Part shown: positions 57,801-64,000 of the stretch, one piece after another
How the letters are laid out: each line of letters starts with the position of its first letter
Position numbering within the stretch: position 1 is the stretch's first letter
NCBI RefSeq assembly: GCF_009914755.1
Contig: NC_060936.1
DNA length: 64,000 bases
DNA from: the human T2T-CHM13v2.0 reference genome, Homo sapiens
Reading direction: 5' to 3' (one strand)
Program-made: the position numbers and the translations under genes
Notes under the pieces: generated by a model
The model's input: only the letters and a program-made list of their open reading frames with translations
Databases searched by the model: none
What the model was told of the DNA's origin: nothing

Positions 57801-60800
57801 AGATTTAGGGCTTTTGATTTAATAAATCTGTAGCAAACAACCGAATAAAGTCAATTAAAATCATGAAGAATAGTCTCTCTCTTATCCAGGGATCTCTTAT
57901 CCAGGAAATTTAAATATACAACAGCTAAGAATCAGAAAATAACGCAAAGTAGGTATCACAGAGTCTGCCAGTAGGCGAGACATCCTAGGGTTAAAATTTT
58001 TCAGAAGGATTCACTATTGGGAAAGCAATAGTTTGAAATAAGTCAAAAGCATATTATTTTTTAACATGTCCCTCAGGATTAAAAGAAGACTATTTCAAAC
58101 TAGGATACCTGGGAAGACCATAAATTCAGATTAATTTTTTTTCCTAGGGAAGAGAGTCTTTCTAGTGGTATTCAGCCACAAAACCAATCTTTTCCCACCT
58201 AAAACTGCAGGTAGAGATAATATCCATTCCCTTTAGGAAAGTGGTAAGACAATTCAGGCCAGGTAGACCACAGGTAAACTGTGTTGTTTAGTGTAGTTTG
58301 GACCTCAGCATGACCAGAGAATAACTCAGCCACTGGGGTTACTGACTGTCTGTTCAGGAGGCTAAGACAGAATCTCTAAGAAGGTGCATCCTTACGAAGG
58401 TGAAATCCCAAAGAAGATTGCCTAAAGTCTGAATACAGTTTTAAAAGAGATGAATGATCATCAGGGAGTGTAGTCTAAAAAGAGCAAAATTCTAGTTTTT
58501 AGAGTTCCAATTGTACAGGATTGAGTTGTGCTACAGTAACTGACATGATGCAAACCCAGAGGTAGTTTTTAAGGTCCCTGCTTACATGTACATGAAGAGA
58601 CAAACAGTAAAAAACTTCAGGCCACAGGGCTGAGGTTCAGGAACAACTCTCTTATGAGAAGGCACTGCTGGTCAAACCAACCCAATCAACATGTAATTAG
58701 TTGAAATGTTAACTTAGTTGGCTTAGTAAATCTAGTTATCTTTCTCTTAGCAAGATTTGGGTATGCTTAGTTACTACCTTTATTTTTAATGTTCTAGTGA
58801 AAGAATACCATTCATGGTCCACAATACAAATATAAATTCTCAGTGGCACCCAGCCATCATCCATTCACCCTGCAGGTTCCTCTAGGGAACTGGTGCAGGA
58901 TGGCATCAACAGGACCTACAGGTGTCACTGCTTTTGAGCTGGTGAAGGTAATGACTACCCTGAGTCATCAAGAACAGGGCATATTGTGGTCTACACTCTT
59001 GTTGATAAGGCAGGAAACTATATAATGCATTTTTAAATAATTTTCCACAAACACACTTTTTTTTTAGTGTTTTTAAAAGAGATTTTTTTTTTCAGCTATC
59101 TGGAAATTTTTCTTAGGAGAAACATCTCTCCTGAAGAAACCCAATCAAAGAAGCAATTCTTCACTCTCATTGATGTGCCTCAAAGCAACTTCCTCTGACT
59201 CCTCAAGACCCCAGTGAGGATCTCAGTTTAATTCTCATCTTAGTGTGGACTTTAAATCATTTTCACATCATAACATGTCAACAGTTTACCCTCTTTAATC
59301 TCAGTGTTGGAGCTAGAAACATAAACATCCTTCAAGGAGGCAGCTTTGTTTGTCCAGACCCTGTCCCCTGGAAAAGTTATGATCAGCAGGAAATGAAAAC
59401 AACCAGCATAGCTTTTGTTTTCATTGATATTGGTGACATTTTGCAAATGGAACACCTAAAGCCAAACCAAACCCCGGGCCTCATTCTGACCAAAATCCGA
59501 ATCAAGGAACTTCATGCAGAACATTAAAAACTCAATTGTCTCCAGCTACAGCTGAATGAAAAGCTCAGATTAAAACTGGCAACGATTTACTTCCTACAAA
59601 CATGCTTTGTTTCTGGCTAACTTGTCAGCTCATAAAAAACGCCTCTGTACAAGCAGCTGTCTCATTCAAGACGCTGAATCCTTTCATGGTCGTCAATACA
59701 AATGTGTTACACAGAACCCAGTCCAGGACCCTTGCTCTAAAACCCTGGCCCAGAGTGTGGGCCTCTCTGCTTCCCTGGTATGCCTTTCTTCTAATTTGAT
59801 GACTTGCATTTTCAATAAATGGTTATAGAAAATGCCATGCTCTTCATGGAATCCCCTCATCATGCTGCTTCCCAGAAGCCTGTTTATGGAAAAAGCCGGC
59901 CCCAGAGGCAGAACAGAGGAGGTCTCTGAAGTTTCCAATTCTTAATCCTAGCTCTTGCTCTTAGCAGGTTTTGGCCAATTTAATGTCTTTATATCTTTAA
60001 ATGTTTCCTTAGTGAGCTGAGCAACTTGCAGTGACCATGCTGAGCTAGCTTGCTAGGGAGAAATCAAATCAAAATTATGGCAAACCATTTTGCAAATATA
60101 AAGCAGCTAATGAATAATGTAATGTCTTTCCCAATGAGCCAGTAAATAAATTGATGACACATCTGAGATGCCTCATTATTTCCTGGATTATTTAGAGAGG
60201 CACTGTCAACCTAACTTCAATGTCAATGGTAATATATGCCATTGTACATACTGGAGAGTGGACAGTAGCTTAAAATAAAGAGCCCCTTTTACAATTCCTG
60301 ATTCTGCTTTGCTCATGTTCCTTCACTCACCTGGAATGACCTCTTTTCTCATTGCATGCTGCAAGTCTTCTCTGAGAACTAGTACACACTCATTCCTTCA
60401 AAGCTCAAGCTCTGTTAAACTTCATTAGCTCCGACCTAATGGGAAGACAATTCCAGGTGCTTGAAATTCTCACACGTAATTCCCAGTTTTGACATGCATT
60501 GGTTGTGTGACCTAGGAGATGTCACTTCACGTCTCTGAGTTCCAGTTTTCTGAACTATTGAAATAGGACTAGGAGTGCCCTCCTTGCAATTATAGGATCT
60601 TCCCCATCCAGGCTTATTTTGGTGTACGGTTACGGGATCAGTAAAGATTGAAACAACACTGTTGCCCTGTGGCAGGGTCTGTTTAGGCCCTCTCACCAGA
60701 GCCTGGGGTTGATTCCTGACTGAGCAGAATATATAGGAAACATCTTGGCTGAGGCAAAAGACATTCAAAAATCTTTTTTTGAGGGTATATTATGTAGTAG

Positions 60801-60815
60801 ATATGGTTCCATAGT

Positions 60816-61198
60816 TGTTATGGGCTAAATTGTGTTCCCTTAAAATTCATGTGTTTAAGTCCTAATCTCTAGAACCTCAAAATGTGACTGTATTTTGAGA
60901 TATGGTCTTTAAAGAGGTAGTTAAGGTTAAATGAGGTCATTAGAATGATTCCAAATTCAGTATGACTGGTGTTTTTGTAAGGCCAGATGATTAGACACAG
61001 ACGTACGAGAAGACAATATAAAGACATAGGGTGAAGGCAGCCATCTACAAGCCAAGGAGAGAGACTTCAGAAGAAACCAACCCTGCCGACACCTTAATCT
61101 TAGACACCTAGCCTCCAGAACTGAGAGGAAATAAATTTCTCTTTTTTAAGCCGCCCAGTCTGTGGTATTTTGTTATGACAGCTCAAGCAAACTAATAG
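60816..61198 (+). mobile_element. MLT1A/B solo LTR
   Basis: tgttatgggctaaattgtgt...gccatctacaagccaaggagagag...gcaaactaata. Confidence 0.88.
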
Positions 61199-61280
61199 CC
61201 ACTGACCTCCTACTTTTCAGAAACTATCCCCCACTTAAAACATCTACACAATTTCAAATTTAATAGACTTTGTTCATTGG

Positions 61281-61479
<199 letters not shown>

Positions 61480-61667
61480 CGAGTAACTTTTTTAAACCCA
61501 ATTTCTTACACTAATCAATGACACTCAGCTGTTTCATCTGGAACCACACAAGGCTTATGGGCCTTGCCTCAACCATCAGATCCTTTCAGAGATTCTTCTT
61601 ACCACTAAGACATCTAACCTCCCTGGCCATGTACACTTCTTAGCATACCACGTTCTCTACTATGTAT

Positions 61668-61717
61668 CCTTTCTCTCTCTTCCTCTCTCTCTCTTTTTTT
61701 TTTTTCTCTCTCTCTCT
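61668..61717. repeat. (CT)n / poly-T low-complexity tract
   Basis: Directly visible. Confidence 0.8.
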
Positions 61718-62394
61718 GAAATCCTGTGCTGACATCAGGCCTCCAAACCATAGGCTAGAAAAAGAAGCCAAATAAATCTGATGCCTGAGAGGATGATGAT
61801 GATTCACTTTTTTTCTCCAGAGTTCATGACTTTGGAGTTGTCTCCCCTATGCATAGGGAAGCAAGCCCTGGGGAAGTAAGTATCTCTAACAGATGATTCA
61901 TACTACCTTCCACTCTCCCTCTCCAATTTCCCTGGATTAGAGGAAGAAGAGAATGACAAACAACAGCAGCAGACCTCCCATCTACCAACCACTCCCCCCA
62001 CTGCAATGAGATGAGACTTAGGGAACACATTTGAGTAATTTGAGTACTTAACCCCTTTTAAGTTAGGCAACAGGGAAGGACGTCCAGGACAGGCACTTAA
62101 CCAGCCTCTCCTCTCTGGCTGATACTGGGGCCAACCTTGACTCCTCTCTTAGCTTTTCACTGTCAGCTCTTGGCCCCAGGGCACTAATGGAGTAAACCAG
62201 CCCACGCTCCTACCTGCTGGGATGCCACATCCACCTTTTCCCCAACACAAGTCTGGAAGCACTGAGCGCATTTTACAGCTGTGTATACAGGCTTGTGTGT
62301 GTTTTGCTTTGATTGTAAAGCAAGGTCTAAAGTGCTCCTGTTTTATTAATGTTTAGATGAGTGTCCTGAAGCCATGGAGTAAATTGTTACAAGT

Positions 62395-63880
62395 ACCTAT
62401 ACAGCACCTTACATTTGTATTATCCTTTACTGTTTAGAAAGCACTTTTGCATACATTTGATCTAATAACCCAGGGCAATTTTTTTTTATCATGTTATCAA
62501 TGAAAAACTGAAGTTTGGGGAAGTAAATGATGTACGTGCTCAAAGTGTCATAGCTACTAAGTGACGGAGCTGGGACTCTACCACAAGTCTTCTAAAGCTT
62601 CTGTGTTCTGTGACCTATAGCAGGCTTTGGAATTTATATATAGAGATCCGAGAAATATCCGTACTATGCCAGACACAGTAATAAGTGTCTTCATATTTTT
62701 GATCTGATATAAACTCCACAGCAACCCTGAAATGATCCAGGACTACAAAAATTTCCATTTATCCAGATACATGTGTACTACATGAAGAGGACTGGGGAAG
62801 AAGATGAGTAATGGTAATAAATGAATCCAGAGAGACAAAGACAATTAGATGAGTGTTTATTATTCCCATTTAACATATAAGAAAAAGGAGGTTGAAAGAG
62901 GATATGTGAATAGCCAATGGAAGAATTTTAGTTGGAACCTAAAATTCCAAAAAGCAATGAATTGATCATTCCAAAAGCATTGATTCGATTCACCAACACC
63001 TGGCTGAGCTCTTTTGAATTCTAGCATCTGTACTTTTCATAAAAGAAGGTGATGAAAGGTAACGAAGGAAGATCTGAAAAATAATTGAAGTACAGATGCA
63101 AAAATACCAATGGGCACTGCCTCACGCACAGACAATTACAGCAAAATAGTCTGAGTCTGGTAGAATTAACCTCATACCAACTAAGGGAGCAGCTTAATAT
63201 TTCCTCTTGTCAGAGATTTTTCCAGATGAAAGAATTAAAGACAAGCCCGAGTCAGAATAATAAAGCAGGTAAAAACTTGTATTGAACAAAGACAGAGAAC
63301 CATTCTTGTGATTGGCAAGCCATTGGTCATGGTTCAGTAACACAGTGAGATGGTCTCATTCCCTCTGTGACTCACATGATTCTCTTCCAGAAAGACTGTG
63401 CTGCCAGGATGCGAGTAGCTAGCTCAAATAATTGCAGGGTACTCTCTGCCACTGGGACTCTCATTTCTATAAAGATTACATCTCTCCCTAATCAGAGGAG
63501 GGTTTTCATATGACCCAGCCAAAGAACCCGCCTTTGACATCTCAGGCAAATTAAGGGGAGATTTTGAGAAACAAGTGCAGGAAATTAAGATTCTGGTGGA
63601 GCTGCTTAGCTTATTTGAGAGGAGAATATAAACATCATAACTTACATGCCACTGTCACAGTGTTAAATCTCTGCTTGCCTCATCTTAATTAATCCTCACA
63701 ACAACCCTATGAGGTAGGTACTATTATCATCTACATTTTAAAAGCAAGAGCACTGAGACACACAGAGGTTAAGTAACTTGCCCAAAGCCACACAGCTAGT
63801 AATGGCAGAGCCAGAATTCAAACCCAGGTGTGCAGGAGAGAAAGCAGATTCTGTTTATTACAGCATCACATGCCATCATC
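62395..63880 (-). mobile_element. Several MIR fragments; best preserved at about 63660-63880
   Basis: 'aatcctcacaacaaccctatgaggtaggtactattatc...gaggttaagtaacttgcccaaagccacacagctagt'. Confidence 0.75.
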
Positions 63881-64000
63881 CTAGTTTTAGGGTCTCTAAT
63901 GAAGGAGAGAGAAGAGACCTGGACACTCAGGGTGCTTTCCTCCCACAGCACCTTGTCTTCCCCTAGTTCCTACGTGAGGTCCTTAGCAATTCAGTACAAA

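Overview
This is AT-rich, repeat-dense primate genomic DNA; AluJ/S/Y, THE1 and Tigger2b-type elements point to human or a close ape. It looks intronic or intergenic. I see no recognisable protein-coding exon, RNA gene, CpG island or CRISPR array, and I cannot name a host gene. The longer ORFs in the track are Alu, L1 or LTR remnants; the rest look like chance ORFs. Much of the window is interspersed repeat: about 16 Alu/FAM elements, several L1 fragments (one 5'-inverted), MaLR and ERVL-type solo LTRs, Tigger2 and hAT DNA-transposon relics, and many MIR/L2 fragments. I found no new biological system. The most notable observations are records of past mutation: three short same-orientation copies of nearby sequence (5246-5430, 23058-23179, 39048-39127), one insertion site used twice by Alus (13259-13926), multi-level nested insertions, and a twin-primed L1. 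A CCAAT-rich promoter/enhancer candidate lies near 32 kb. Repeat subfamily names come from my recollection of consensus sequences and need RepeatMasker/Dfam confirmation. Boundaries of old repeats are approximate.
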